In this document: positions 49,401 to 63,597 of the stretch, in pieces
Layout of the letters: each line of letters starts with the position of its first letter
Numbering within the stretch: the stretch's first letter is position 1
Position numbers and translations under genes: made by a program
Notes under the pieces: generated by a model
What the model was told of the DNA's origin: nothing
The model's database searches: none
Seen by the model: only the letters and a program-made list of their open reading frames with translations
Origin: Mytilus edulis
Lineage: Eukaryota
Reading direction: 5' to 3'
DNA: 64,000 nucleotides
NCBI RefSeq assembly: GCF_963676685.1
Contig: NC_092355.1
Span: 15,624,001-15,688,000, forward strand

Positions 49401-52400
49401 AGCGCAAATGACCATAGTATTTGCATGGAGCGAAAATGGCCATGGTGTTTGCATGGAGCGCAACTGGCCATGGTGTTTGCATGGAGCGCAAATTAAATGT
49501 GTATAGTGTTTGCATGGAGCGCAAAAGTCCATAGTGTTTGATTGGGGCGCAACTTTTCATAGCGTTTGCATGGAGAGCAAAAATCCAATTGTGTTTGATT
49601 GGGGTGAAAATTTTCACAGCGTTTAAATATCGAGCAAACGTCCAAAGTGTTTGCAAGGAGCGCAAATGTTCATAGCGTTTGCATGGAGAGCAAATGCCCA
49701 TAGTGTTTGCATGGAGCGTCCATGTCAATAATGTTTGCATGGAAAGTAAATGTCCATAGTGTTTGCATGGAGCGCAAATGTCCATAATGTTTGCATGGAG
49801 CGAAAATGTCCATAGTGTTTGTATGGAGAGCAAAACTCCATAGTGTTTGATTGAGGCGCAAATTTTCATAGCGTTTAAATGTCGAGCAAACGTTCAAAGT
49901 GTTTGCATGGAGAGCAAATGTTAATAGCGTTTGCATGGAGAGCAAATGCCCATAGTGTTTGCATGGAGGGTTCATGTCAATAGTGTTTGCATTGAGAGAA
50001 AACGTCGATAGTGTTTGCATGGAGAGTAATGTACATAGTGTTTGCATGGAGAGTAATGTACATAGTGTTTGCATGGAGAGTAATGTACATAGTGTTTGCA
50101 TGGAGCAAAAATAGCCATAGTGTTTGCATGGAGCGCAAATGTCCATAGTGTTTGCATGAAGCGCAAATGTCCATAGTGTTTACATGGAGCTCAAATGTCC
50201 ATGGTGTTTACATGGAGCTCAAATGTCCATGGTGTTTATACCGAGAGCAAATGTCCGAAGTGTAAATGAACATAGTGTTTGCATGGAGCGCAAATGCCCA
50301 TTGTGTTTACATGGAGAGCAAATGTCCATGTTGTTTACATAGAGCGCAAATGCCCATTGTGTTTACATGGAGAGCAAATGTCCATGGTGTTTACATAGAG
50401 CGCAAATGCCCATTGTGTTTACATGGAGAGCAAATGTCTATCGTCTTTACATGGAGAGCAAATGCCCATAGTGTTTAAACGGAGAGCAAATATCCATGGT
50501 GTTTAAACGGAGAGCAAATGCCCATAGTGTTTAAACGGAGAGCAAATGTCCATGGTGTTTACATAGAGCGCAAATGTCCATAGTGTTTATACCGAGAGCA
50601 AATGTCCGTAGTGTAAATGAACATAGTGTTTGCATGGAGCGCAAATGCCCATTGTGTTTACATGGAGAGCAAATGTCCATGTTGTTTACATGGAGAGCAA
50701 ATGTCTATCGTCTTTACATGGAGAGCAAATGCCCATAGTGTTTAAACGGAGAGCAAATGTCCATGGTGTTTAAACGGAGAGCAAATGCCCATAGTGTTTA
50801 AACGGAGAGCAAATGTCCATGGTGTTTACATAGAGCGCAAATGTCCATAGTGTTTATACCGAGAGCAAATGTCCGTAGTGTAAATGAACATAGTGTTTGC
50901 ATGGAGCGCAAATGCCCATTGTGTTTACATGGAGAGCAAATGTCCATGTTGTTTACATGGAGAGCAAATGTCTATCGTCTTTACATGGAGAGCAAATGTA
51001 CATAGTGTTTACATGGTGAGCAAATGTCCATGGTGTTTGCATAGAACGCAAATGTCCATGGTGTTTACACGAAGAGCGAATGTCAATAGTGTTTACATTG
51101 AGAGCAAATGTCCATGCTGTTTACATAGAGAGCAAATGTCCATGGTGTTTACATAGAGAACATATGTTTATGGTGTTTACATGGAGAGCAAATGTCCATG
51201 ATGTTTACATGGAGAGCAAATGTCCATGGTGTTTACATACAGAGCAAATGTCCATGGGGGTTACATGTAGATACATGGAGCGCAAATGTCCATGGTGTTT
51301 ACATGGATAGCAAATGTTCTTTAGTTTTTACATGGTGCGCAAATGTACATGGTGTTTACATGTAGATACATGGAGCGCAAATGTCCATGGTGTTTACATG
51401 GAGAGCAAATTGTTTTTAGTTTTTACATGGAGCGCAAATGTCCATAGTGTTTACATGGAGAGCAAATGTCTGTAGTGTTTACATGGAGCACAAATGTCCA
51501 TGGTGTTTACATGAAGAGCAAATGTCTATAGTGTGTACACGGAGAGCAAATGTCCATCGTGTTTACATGGAGAGCAAATGTCCATAGTGTTTCCATGGAG
51601 AGTAATGTACATAGTGTTTACATGGATCGCAAATGTCCATAGTGTTTAGATGGAGAGTAATGTACATACTGTTTGCATGGAGCGCAAATGTCCATAATGT
51701 TTACACGGAGAGCAAATGTCCATAGTGTTTACACGGAGAGCAAATGTTCATGGTGTTAACATGGAGCGCAAATGTCCATGGTGTTTACGAGAGCAAATGT
51801 CCATGGTGTTTACATGGAGCGCAAATGTCCATGGTGTTTACATGGAGAGCAAATGTCCATGGTGTTTACATGGAGCGCAAGTGTCTATGGTGTTTACATG
51901 GAGATCAAATGTCCATGGTGTTTACATAGAGAGCAAATGTCCATGTTGTTTACATGGAGAGCAAATGTCTATCGTCTTTACATGGAGAGCAAATGTCCAT
52001 AGTGTTTAAACGGAGAGCAAATGTCCATTGTGTTTACATGGAGAGCAAATGTCCATGGTGTTTACATAGAGCGCAAATGTCCATTGTGTTTACATGGAGA
52101 GCAAATGTCCATAGTGTTTACATGGAGAGCAAATGTACATAGTGTTAACATGGAGAGCAAATGTCCATAGTGTTTACATGGAGAGCAAATGTCCATAGTG
52201 TTTAAACGGAGAGCAAATGTCCATTGTGTTTACATGGAGAGCAAATGTCCATGGTGTTTACATAGAGCGCAAATGTCCATAGTGTTTACATGGAGAGCAA
52301 ATGTCCATAGTGTTTACATGGAGAGCAAATGTCCATAGTGTTTACATGGAGAGCAAATGTCCATAGTGTTTAAACGGAGAGCAAATGTCCATTGTGTTTA

Positions 52401-55400
52401 CATGGAGAGCAAATGTCCATGGTGTTTACATAGAGCGCAAATGTCCATAGTGTTTACATGGAGAGCAAATGTACATAGTGTTTACATGGAGAGCAAATGT
52501 CCATAGTGTTTACATGGAGAGAAAATGTCCATAGTGTTTAAACGGAGAGCAAATGTCCATTGTGTTTACATGGAGAGCAAATGTCCATGGTGTTTACATA
52601 GAGCGCAAATGTCCATAGTGTTTACATGGAGAGCAAATGTCCATAGTGTTTACATGGAGAGCAAATGTACATAGTGTTTACATGGTGAGCAAATGTCCAT
52701 GGTGTTTACATAGAACGCAAATGTCCATGGTGTTTACACGAAGAGCGAATGTCAATAGTGTTTACATGGAGAGCAAATGTCCATGCTGTTTACATAGAGA
52801 GCAAATGTCCATGGTGTTAACATGGAGCGCAAATGTCCATGGTGTTTACGAGAGCAAATGTCCATGGTGTTTACATGGAGCGCAAATGTCCATGGTGTTT
52901 ACATGGAGAGCAAATGTCCATGGTGTTTACATGGAGCGCAAGTGTCTATGGTGTTTACATGGAGATCAAATGTCCATGGTGTTTACATAGAGAGCAAATG
53001 TCCATGTTGTTTACATGGAGAGCAAATGTCTATCGTCTTTACATGGAGAGCAAATGTCCATAGTGTTTAAACGGAGAGCAAATGTCCATTGTGTTTACAT
53101 GGAGAGCAAATGTCCATGGTGTTTACATAGAGCGCAAATGTCCATTGTGTTTACATGGAGAGCAAATGTCCATAGTGTTTACATGGAGAGCAAATGTACA
53201 TAGTGTTAACATGGAGAGCAAATGTCCATAGTGTTTACATGGAGAGCAAATGTCCATAGTGTTTAAACGGAGAGCAAATGTCCATTGTGTTTACATGGAG
53301 AGCAAATGTCCATGGTGTTTACATAGAGCGCAAATGTCCATAGTGTTTACATGGAGAGCAAATGTCCATAGTGTTTACATGGAGAGCAAATGTCCATAGT
53401 GTTTACATGGAGAGCAAATGTCCATAGTGTTTAAACGGAGAGCAAATGTCCATTGTGTTTACATGGAGAGCAAATGTCCATGGTGTTTACATAGAGCGCA
53501 AATGTCCATAGTGTTTACATGGAGAGCAAATGTACATAGTGTTTACATGGAGAGCAAATGTCCATAGTGTTTACATGGAGAGAAAATGTCCATAGTGTTT
53601 AAACGGAGAGCAAATGTCCATTGTGTTTACATGGAGAGCAAATGTCCATGGTGTTTACATAGAGCGCAAATGTCCATAGTGTTTACATGGAGAGCAAATG
53701 TCCATAGTGTTTACATGGAGAGCAAATGTACATAGTGTTTACATGGTGAGCAAATGTCCATGGTGTTTACATAGAACGCAAATGTCCATGGTGTTTACAC
53801 GAAGAGCGAATGTCAATAGTGTTTACATGGAGAGCAAATGTCCATGCTGTTTACATAGAGAGCAAATGTCCATGGTGTTTACATAGAGAACATATGTTTA
53901 TGGTGTTTATGTAACAAAAAATTTGTTCCGGCATGACAATTGTTCCGCTGGAACAAATTTCATAGGAAATATGTTCCATCGGAACTTATGTCACAGAAAA
54001 TATGATTCAGTACTATAAAATTTGTTCCGGAACTAATTTTTTAACTAAGTGTGAAATAAGTTCCGGAACAAAATTCACAGCACCATGAGTTTTGTTCCAA
54101 TATTGAAATTTAAAAAAAAGTGAAATAAGTTTGTGTGATATTAGTTTTGAACGAAAGTATTTTATAGAAATCAATGAAAATGTTCTGCTCGAATCTATTT
54201 AACAGAAAATATGTACTGTGCTTGCATGGAGTATATTTGCAATTGAAGGCATGACTGTAGGGATGAAGATAAGAAATAAAAGCGATGATAATGTATCATA
54301 ATTTGTATCTATGTTTTATCCTTTATGTGGTATTCCACCTCCTTGTTTCCTGTTGATCTGTCATGGGTGTTCTAATCATACATGTACTTAGCTATGGTCA
54401 TTGCACAGTTTTAAAAGAGTGTGTCTTTTGTTTCTTTGTATTCTAATATAATTGATCAGTCACTTTGTCCTTTTAAAAAAAGTACAAATGTTCATCTTTA
54501 ACTATTATAATACTTTTTTTCGGAATGACTTTTATTATTATTTCTTATTCTACTCTTTCTGGTTCATAAGTGTCATTTTTAATATTATTAATTGAGTATG
54601 TTATTAAACTTTTGCATTGCTCCACATGATCCAAATTGGATGTTTAAACTTTTTATTTATTACCTTTTTAATATCAATATAATACACGTTTTTGTAATGA
54701 CTTTCAACTCACTGATGACAAGTGCTCAGTATACATAAGATAACTTGTTTAACCAGTGGAACATATTTCATAGACACGGAACTTATTTCACCAGGTGAGG
54801 AACAAATCTCACAAATCCAGAACATATTTCACCAGGTAAGGAACAAATCTCACAAACATGGAACTAATTTCACTAGGTAGGGAACAAATTTCACCATCCC
54901 AGAACTTATTTCACCAGGTAAAGTGTGGAACTTTTTTCATATAAATGGAACAAATTATATAGAAATTGTCTGTGAAAAAAGTTCTCCCAGAACATATTTC
55001 CTGTGAAATTAGTTCCACTGGAACTTTTTTCACAGGAACAAATTTTGGCTCACATTTACATGGAGAGCCAATGTCCATGATGTTTACATGGAGAGCAAAT
55101 GTCCATGGTGTTTACATAGAGAGCAAATGTCCATGGGGGTTACATGTAGATACATGGAGTGCAAATGTCCATGGTGTTTACATGGAGAGCAAATTTTCTT
55201 TAGTTTTTACATGGTGTTTACATGTAGATACATGGAGCGCAAATGTCCATGGTGTTTACATGGAGAGCAAATTTTCCTTAGTTTTTACATGGAGCGCAAA
55301 TGTCCATAGTGTTTACATGGAGAGCAAATGTCTGTTGTGTTTACATGGAGCACAAATGTCCATGGTGTTTACATGAAGAACAAATGTCTATAGTGTGAAC

Positions 55401-56027
55401 ACGGAGAACAAATGGCCATCGTGTTTACATGGAGAGCAATTGTCCATAGTGTTTCCATGGAGGGTAATGTACATAGTGTTTACATGGATCGCAAATGTCC
55501 ATAGTGTTTAGATGGAGAGTAATGTACATACTGTTTGCATGAAGAGCAAATGTCCATGGTGTTTACATGGAGAGCAAATGTCCATAGTGTTTACACGGAG
55601 AGCAAATGTCTATGGTGTTAAAATGGAGCGCAAATGTCCATGGTGTCTACGAGAGCAAATGTCCATGGTGTTTACATGGAGCGCAAGTGTCTATGGTGTT
55701 TACATGGAGATCAAATGTCCATGGTGTTTACATAGAGAGCAAATGTCCATGTTGTTTACATGAAGAGCAAATGTCCATAGTGTTTAAACGGAGAGCAAAT
55801 GTCCATGGTGTTTATATGGAGAGCAAATGTCCATGGTGTTTACATGAAGAGCAAATGTCCATGGTGTTTACATGGAGAGCAAATGTCCATAGTGTTTACA
55901 TGGAGAGCAAATGTCCATGGTGTTTTGATGGATAGCGAAAGTCTATAGTGTTTAGATGGAGAGCAAATGTCCATAGTGTTTACATGGAGAGCAAATGTCC
56001 AGAGTGTTTACATGGAGCACATATGCC
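49401..56027. repeat. 28-bp satellite with higher-order repeats
   Basis: Unit AATGTCCATRGTGTTTACATGGAGAGCA; near-exact 1061-bp tandem duplication (identical ORF-track entries at 51954/53015 and 51772/52833). Confidence 0.97.
53910..55054. mobile_element. Non-autonomous TIR element with TGT...ACA ends and 4-bp TSD, inserted in the satellite
   Basis: TGTAACAAAAAATTTGTTCC / GGAACAAATTTTGGCTCACA; TSD TTTA; many GGAAC/GTTCC subterminal motifs; empty paralogous site at ~51171-51190. Confidence 0.9.
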
Positions 56028-56499
56028 ATTCTGTATTGGCTCACACTGGGCAGCAAGCTATGAAGTGCCCCAAAAATGTCTTGTTAAAAACCATTCAAAC
56101 AGGAAAACAACGGTCTAATCCATTTACAACAACAATGTGTCCCCAGTACACGGATACCCCACTTGCACTATCATTGTTTTGCCGCCAACATATATATGTT
56201 TTAAAATGCAATGTACGGATGACGCGCTGTACGTGTCATGTTAGCTTTTGACAACCATTATTTTTTTCGACACTAAAATATTACGCTCCTTAATACATGT
56301 AATAAGACTAGTTCCAAGTTTAACTTTGTGATAAGATATATATACATAAATAGATTTAGGAAGATGTGGTGTGAGTGCCAATGAAACAACTCTCCATCCA
56401 AATAACAATGCATGTCTGTATCTGTGATTATACATGAATACAGTCTTACTTTGTTATAGACAATGAAGCAAAACTCACTTGTAATCATCATGAATCAAT

Positions 56500-58387
56500 G
56501 GTATCTTTTTGTGATTCAATTAGGAACACAGTTCTCTTTGTGATTTAAACAAAAGCTCAGTTCTCTGTGGGATTCAAGCAGGAAATTAATTTAAAAAAAA
56601 AAGGGAACTTATATTTCTCTGTGCGACTCAAACAGGAATACAATTTTCTTTGTGATCCAAACATGAACGTAGTTCACTTTGTGATTCAAACAGGAACTTA
56701 GTTCTCTTTGTGATTCCATTAGGAACCTAATTTTCTTTGTGATAAAAAGGAACTTATAGTTCTATGTGCGACTCAAACAGGAATCTAGTTCTCTTTGTGA
56801 TTCAATTAGGAACCTAGTTCTCTTTGAGATTTAAAAAAGACTGTAGTTTTCTGTGTGATTCAAACAGGAACCTAATCCTCTTTGTGATTCAAACAGGAAC
56901 ATAGTTCTCTTTTGAATTCGATTAGGAAACTTGTTCTCTTTGTGATTTAAACAGGAACCAAATTATCTTTGTGATTCAAAGCGAACATAGCTATCTCTAA
57001 GATTCATGCAGAAACGTAGCAATCTTTGTGATTCAAACAAGAACCTAGTTATCTTTGTGATTTAAAAGAAACTTATAGTTCTGTGTGATTGAAACAGGAA
57101 CCTAGTTCTCTTTGTGATTCAATTAGGAACCTAGCTATCTTTGAGATTCAAACAAGAACTTCGTTCTTTTTTTTTTATTAAAACAGTTACCTAGTTCTCT
57201 CTGTGATTCAATTAGGAAAATAATTCTCTTTGTGATTTAAAAAGTAACTTATAGTTTTTTTGTGTGATTCAAACAGGGACCTAGTCCTCTTTTAGATACA
57301 ATAAGGAACCTAATTCTCTTTGTGATTCAAACAGGGACCTAGTCCTCTTTGTGATACAATAAGGAACCTAATTCTCTTTGTGATTCAAACATGAACCTAG
57401 TTCTCTTTGTGATTCAATTAGGAACCTAGCTATATTTGAGATTCAAACAAGAACTTCGTTCTCTTTTTTATTAAAACAGTTACCTAGTTCTCTCTGTGAT
57501 TCAATTAGGAAAATAATTCTCTTTGTGATTTAAAAAGTAACTTATAGTTTTTTGTGTGATTCAAACAGGAACCTAGTCCTCTTTTTGATACAATAAGGAA
57601 CCTAATTATCTTTGTGATTCAAACAGGAACCTAGTACTCTTTTTGATTCAATTAGGAACCAGTTACCTAGTTCATTTTGTGATTTAAACCGTAACTTAGT
57701 TCTCTTTGTGATTTAAACAGGAACCTTATTCTCTATTTATTCAAACAGGAACAAGTTATCTCTGCGATTCATGCAGGAACGTACTTCTCTTTCTGATTCA
57801 AACAGGAACCTAGTTCTATGTGTAATTCAATTAGGAACCTAGTTCTCTTTGTGATTTGAAAAGAAACTTATAGTTCTGTGTGATTGAAACGGGAACCTAG
57901 TTCACTTTGTGATTCAATTAAGAACCTAGTTCTCTTTTTGAATCAATTAGGAACCTAGTTCTCTTTGTGATTTAAACAGGAACCTAGTTCTCTTTGTGAT
58001 TTAAACATAAACTTAGTTCTCCGTATGATTCCAACAGGAACCTATTTCTTTATGTGATTCAAACAGAAACAGTTCTCTTTGTGATGCAAACAGGAACCTA
58101 ATTATCTTTGTGATTCAAACAGGAACCTAGTTCTCTATGTGATTCAAACCAGAACCTAGTTCTATGTGCGTTTTTTACATTAACCTGTGATTAAATAGGA
58201 ACTTAGTCTCTTTTTGTGATTCGATATGAAACTAGTATTATTTTGTGATTAAATAGGAACCTAGTCTCTTTTTGTGATTAGATATGAAACTAGTATTATT
58301 TTGTGATTAAATAGGAACCTGTTTTATTTTGTGATTAGATATGAAGTCCCTTTTTGTGATTAAATAGGAACCTAGTGTCTTTCTGAT
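56500..58387. repeat. ~29-bp satellite
   Basis: Unit GTGATTCAAACAGGAACCTAGTTCTCTTT, diverged copies. Confidence 0.9.
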
Positions 58388-58390
58388 TAA

Positions 58391-58659
58391 GGGAACTACA
58401 TTTGATTTTTATGGGGGGGGGGGGGGATGGGGGGTGGGGGGCTAGGATGAAAAAATTTGTCCTGCCTTTTTTTTTAGCTGTAATCTCTGTCCTGCCTTTT
58501 TATTTTTCACTCTGTTCGGTCCTGCCTTTTTTTTTTAGTTTATCTTGACTTCTTTTTACCTAAATTGTCGTCCTGACTTTTTTTTACTCAAAACTCCTGT
58601 CCTGCCTATTTTTTCAAATTTCATCCTAGCTCCCCCATAAAAAACAAATGGTAGCTCCC
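58391..58659. mobile_element. PIF/Harbinger-like MITE (269 bp)
   Basis: TIR GGGAACTACATTTG / CAAATGGTAGCTCCC; 3-bp TSD TAA; removing it restores a satellite unit; internal GTCCTGCCTTTT repeats. Confidence 0.8.
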
Positions 58660-59291
58660 TAAATAGAGACCTAGTCTCGTTGTTATTGATGGGCATCAAC
58701 AGACTCCCTTTGTGACAAAGGCAGGGTAATTTTCTGTCTACTCTTGTGATAAAGATCAGATCTAACAGTTGGAGTATGTGATGATGACAAGATTTTACAA
58801 ACTTTGGAATTCAAAATCAGCAGGCAAACTTCGCAATTAAGACAGAAACCAACTCATATTTCATGATTATCAAGTCCCCCTTTGATTCAAGCGTGGTCGT
58901 GTACTTGACTGTAGACAAGAACCCAAAAGCTTATCTGTGAGATTACTTTGTTGAAGGGTTGTGAAACTTAAGAGATCTCGATCATGGCGTGCTGGTCATT
59001 TTTAAACTTTCACCAAGCTCCTATATTTTCATAACAGCAAAAACTGTGCAAGTCAGGAACAACCAGTCTCATTTTGTGATTAAGACACGCACTGTGTGAT
59101 CATCATGAATCAATAGTCTCCGTTTTATAAAAACAGAATCCCAGTCATTTAGTGTGATAAGGAATCTAACTGTTTAATAACATTAACGGTACCAATTTTC
59201 CTGCACCATATGCGCATATGTTTAAGTTATCAAAACAGAAACCTAGTCATTTTGTGTATAGGAACCTAGTCTTTCTTAGCTATGCGATTAA

Positions 59292-59689
59292 GAGGCTGTT
59301 CAAGTAAATATAAGGCAAATCCTATGATATGGGTGGCACAACATAATTTTTTTCCCACTGAATTTTTGGTTCCAATGCAATATTTATATCATACAAAGGA
59401 TATATATGTCAAAGATATTTTTGAATCAACAGTGGATGGCTCAGAAAATGATTTTAAAGTTCACTAACAACGCAACAAAATTTTGAACAAAATGAAGAGT
59501 TATCTCCCCTTTTCAATGAATTTTCAGTGCTTTCTATGTATTTATTTTCTCTTTATTTGTTGCAGTTAATAAAAAAACTAAATTTAACTTTGAGAAAGAA
59601 TGAATTTGTGATATGAAATAGATGAATAAATTCTGAAAACAAAATATGTCATGTGCCATCCACTGCCTGGTTTTTCCATGGACACCCTC
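59292..59689. mobile_element. Kolobok-like MITE
   Basis: GAGGCTGTTCA / TGGACACCCTC imperfect TIR, TTAA on both sides. Confidence 0.6.
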
Positions 59690-59969
59690 TTAAACAGTAG
59701 TCTAGCATCTCTAAATGTGCTTGAGGCTGGAATATGGTTTCACTTTATGATAAAACAGGAATATGAAATCACTTTTTGATTGACACGATATCTTGTCTGT
59801 CTTAGTAATTTTAACAGGAACATATGTCTGTTTCAGTAGTAAACATGAACAAAGTCTCTATTTGAAATTAAACATAAACAAAGTCTCTCGTGAAATAGAT
59901 AACAAGACTTCCTCTGTGACTTAATGAGAAACCAAGTTTATTTTTGTGATTAGTCTTATTTTGTAACAA

Positions 59970-60370
59970 AGATAGGAATCAAGTCTTATATTGTGATCAA
60001 GACAGGAATCTAGTCGTATATTGTGATCAAGACTGGAATCTATATTTTGATCAAGACAGGAATTTAGTCGTATAGTGTGATCAAGACAGGAATCTAGTCT
60101 TATACTGTGATCAAGACAGGAATCTAGTCATATATTTTGATCAAGACAGTCATCTAGTCTTATATTGTGATCAAGACAAGAATCTAGTCTTATATTGTGA
60201 TCAAGATAGGAATCTAGTCTTATATTGTGATCAAGACAGGAATCTAGGATTGAATTGTGATCAAGACAGGAATCAAGGATTGTATTGTGATCGAGACAGG
60301 GGCCAGGGATGATATTGAGATCAATGCAGGAATCAAGTCTTATATTGAGATCAACATGATTAAGACAGGA
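59970..60370. repeat. 30-bp satellite
   Basis: Unit TGTGATCAAGACAGGAATCTAGTCTTATAT. Confidence 0.92.
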
Positions 60371-60840
60371 CAAAAGTCATCATTTGTGGGGGGAAATAAG
60401 TTTATCTTTGACATTACTACAGGAAACAAGTCTCAATTGTGTGGGGATGGTAACAAACAGTTTCACTTTGTTATATATCAGGAACCTTCAGTATTGATCT
60501 GTGACTAAAGCAGATACAAAGCCTCAACTTGTGATCAAGACAGAAACACATAGTCTCACTCTGTGAATAAGACAGGATTAAAGTCTGTAACAAGCCAGGA
60601 CTATGACAGTTGATATCCATTTACTTTAATAATGTGTAACGAGCTTTTGATTTTGCCATTTGATCAAGGACTTTCCATTTTGAATGTTCCTCTTCCTTAG
60701 GAATCTAATCTTAATTTTGTGATTAAAAACGGAATTTCGTCATATATTGTGAATTAGATAGAAAGCAACAGTCTTAATTTGTGGTTCAGATAGAAACGTA
60801 TTCTTTATTTAAGAATTAAGACAGGAAACTATGTCTAAAT

Positions 60841-61872
60841 TTGTGATTAAAACTGAGGAACAGCCATAAGTCTTAGTTGTGATTAAATCAGGAACAACCA
60901 TAAGTCTTTGTTGTGATTAAAACTGGAACATCCATAAGTCTTAGTTGTGATTAAAACTGAGGAACAGCCATAAGTCTAAGTTGTGATTAAAACTGAGGAA
61001 CAGCCATAAGTCTTAGTTGTGATTAAAACTGGAACAGCCATAAGTCTTGGTTGTGATTAAAACTGAGGAACAGCAATAAGTCTAAGTTGTGATTAAAACT
61101 GAGGAACAGCCATAAGTCTTAGTTGTGATTAAAACCGGAAGAGCCATAAGTCTTAGTTGTGATTAAAACCGGAACAGCCATAAGTCTTAGTTGTGATTAA
61201 ATCAGGAACAGCCATAAGTCTTACATGTGATTAAAACTGAGGAACAGTCATAAGTCTTAGTTGTGATTAAAAATGAGGAACAGCCATAAGTCTTAGTTGT
61301 GATTAAAACTGGAACAGCCATAAGTCTTAGTTGTGATTAAATCAGGAACAGCCATAAGTCTTAGTTGTGATTAAATCAGGAACAACCATAACTCTTTGTT
61401 GTGATTAAAACTGGAACATCCATAAGTCTTAGTTGTGATTAAAACTGAGGAACAGCCATAAGTCTAAGTTGTGATTAAAACTGAGGAACAGCCATAAGTC
61501 TTAGTTGTGATTAAAACTGGAACAGCCATAAGTCTTGGTTGTGATTAAAACTGAGGAACAGCAATAAGTCTAAGTTGTGATTAAAACTGAGGAACAGCCA
61601 TAAGTCTTAGTTGTGATTAAAACCGGAACAGCCATAAGTCTTAGTTGTGATTAAAACCGGAACAGCCATAAGTCTTAGTTGTGATTAAATCAGGAACAGC
61701 CATAAGTCTTACATGTGATTAAAACTGAGGAACAGTCATAAGTCTTAGTTGTGATTAAAAATGAGGAACAGCCATAAGTCTTAGTTGTGATTAAAACTGG
61801 AACAGCCATAAGTCTTAGTTGTGATTAAATCAGGAACAGCCATAAGTCTTAGTTGTGATCAAACCAGGAACA
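60841..61872. repeat. 34/36-bp satellite with a 488-bp higher-order repeat
   Basis: Unit TTGTGATTAAAACT(GA)GGAACAGCCATAAGTCTTAG; variant order repeats between 60877 and 61365. Confidence 0.95.
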
Positions 61873-61964
61873 AACTGTTTCACTACCGCTATGCGATTCA
61901 GCAAAAACAAAAAAGTCTTCCATATTATTCAGTGATTAAATCAGGAACTAGCTGCAGTCTCATT

Positions 61965-62966
61965 TTGTGTTCAATGTAGAATCAATATCTACTTTATGCT
62001 CAATGTAGAATCAATATCTACTTTATGCTCAATGTAGAATCAATATTTACTTTGTGCTCAATGTAGAATCAATATTTACTTTGTGCTCAATGTAGAATCA
62101 ATATTTACTTTGTGCTCAATGTAGAATCAATATTTACTTTGTGCTCAATGTAGAATCAATATTTACTTTGTGCTCAATGTAGAATCTTGTGCTCAATGTA
62201 GAATCAATATTTACTTTGTGCTCAATGTAGAATCTTGTGCTCAATGTAGAATCAATATTTACTTTGTGCTCAATGTAGAATCAATATTTACTTTGTGCTC
62301 AATGTAGAATCAATATTTACTTTGTGCTCAATGTAGAATCAATATTTACTTTGTGCTCAATGTAGAATCAATATTTACTTTGTGTTCAATGTAGAATCAA
62401 TATCTACTTTATGCTCAATGTAGAATCAATATTTACTTTGTGCTCAATGTAGAATCAATATTTACTTTGTGCTCAATGTAGAATCAATATTTACTTTGTG
62501 TTCAATGTAGAATCAATATCTACTTTATGCTCAATGTAGAATCAATATTTACTTTGTGCTCAATGTAGAATCAATATTTACTTTGTGCTCAATGTAGAAT
62601 CAATATTTACTTTGTGCTCAATGTAGAATCAATATTTACTTTGTGCTCAATGTAGAATCAATATTTACTTTGTGCTCAATGTAGAATCAATATTTACTTT
62701 GTGCGCAATGTAGAATCAATATTTACTTTGTGCTCAATGTAGAATCTTGTGCTCAATGTAGAATCAATATTTACTTTGTGCTCAATGTAGAAACAATATT
62801 TACTTTGTTTTCAATGTAGAATCAATATTTACTTTGTGCTCAATGTAGAATCAATATTTACTTTGTGCTCAATGTAGAATCTTGTGCTCAATGTAGAATC
62901 AATATTTACTTTGTGCTCAATGTAGAATCAATATTTACTTTGTGTGCTCAATGTAGAATCAATATT
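61965..62966. repeat. 29-bp satellite, highly homogeneous
   Basis: Unit TGTGCTCAATGTAGAATCAATATTTACTT with occasional 19-bp deletion units. Confidence 0.97.
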
Positions 62967-63390
62967 CTTCCTAAGTGTTTAAGATAGGATTGAGATAAGA
63001 ATGACCCGTCAATAAGTGACATTCCTTGATTGTGCATCTATATTGAATTTCACAAAAAGGAATGTGCATCTATATTGAATTTCACATAAAAAGGAATGTG
63101 CATGTATATTCAATTTCACAAGAAACAGTGTAAGCTGAAAGAATGCAAGTCATTAAACTTAGATGGAATGAAAAACTAACACCAATTCCTTAATATTCTT
63201 TTATTTTTGTCTTTTAAATAAACCAAAATAGTACCAAATGCTGACTGGCTAAATATCACTAGGTTTTCAGGCTAATATTCAGAATGAGGCTTTCTAATTA
63301 GTCATTATTACCAGAAAATGATAATGAATTGATAAATAAAAGTGTATGTTAGTTAAATATAACATGGTACAAGTTGGTTAGATGTATATA

Positions 63391-63597
63391 CTGTTGATTC
63401 ATTTATTTTCATGGGTATCAATTTTCCTGGATTCAGTAAAAATTGCATTTTCATGGATATTTAATTTGGTGGTTTTGCCAAAGTCTGCATACAAACCTAT
63501 AGAATAGTTGTATTTTGATGAATATTTGCATTCGTGGTTAACCTTTACCCATGAAATCCACAAAAATTGATATCCCACGAAAAAGAATGATCCAAAG
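63391..63597. mobile_element. TA-flanked MITE (Tc1/mariner-like)
   Basis: TA|CTGTTGATTCATT..GGGTATCAATTTT ... AAAATTGATATCCC..AATGATCCAAAG|TA; long imperfect inverted arms. Confidence 0.55.

Noticed and set aside
49396-56251. Many Cys/His/Met-rich ORFs (e.g. MSIVFTWRANVH...)
   Set aside because: Translations of the 28-bp satellite in all frames and on both strands; not genes
60128-60508. Repetitive ORFs (LDHNIRLDSC)n
   Set aside because: Product of a 30-bp satellite; no splice or start context
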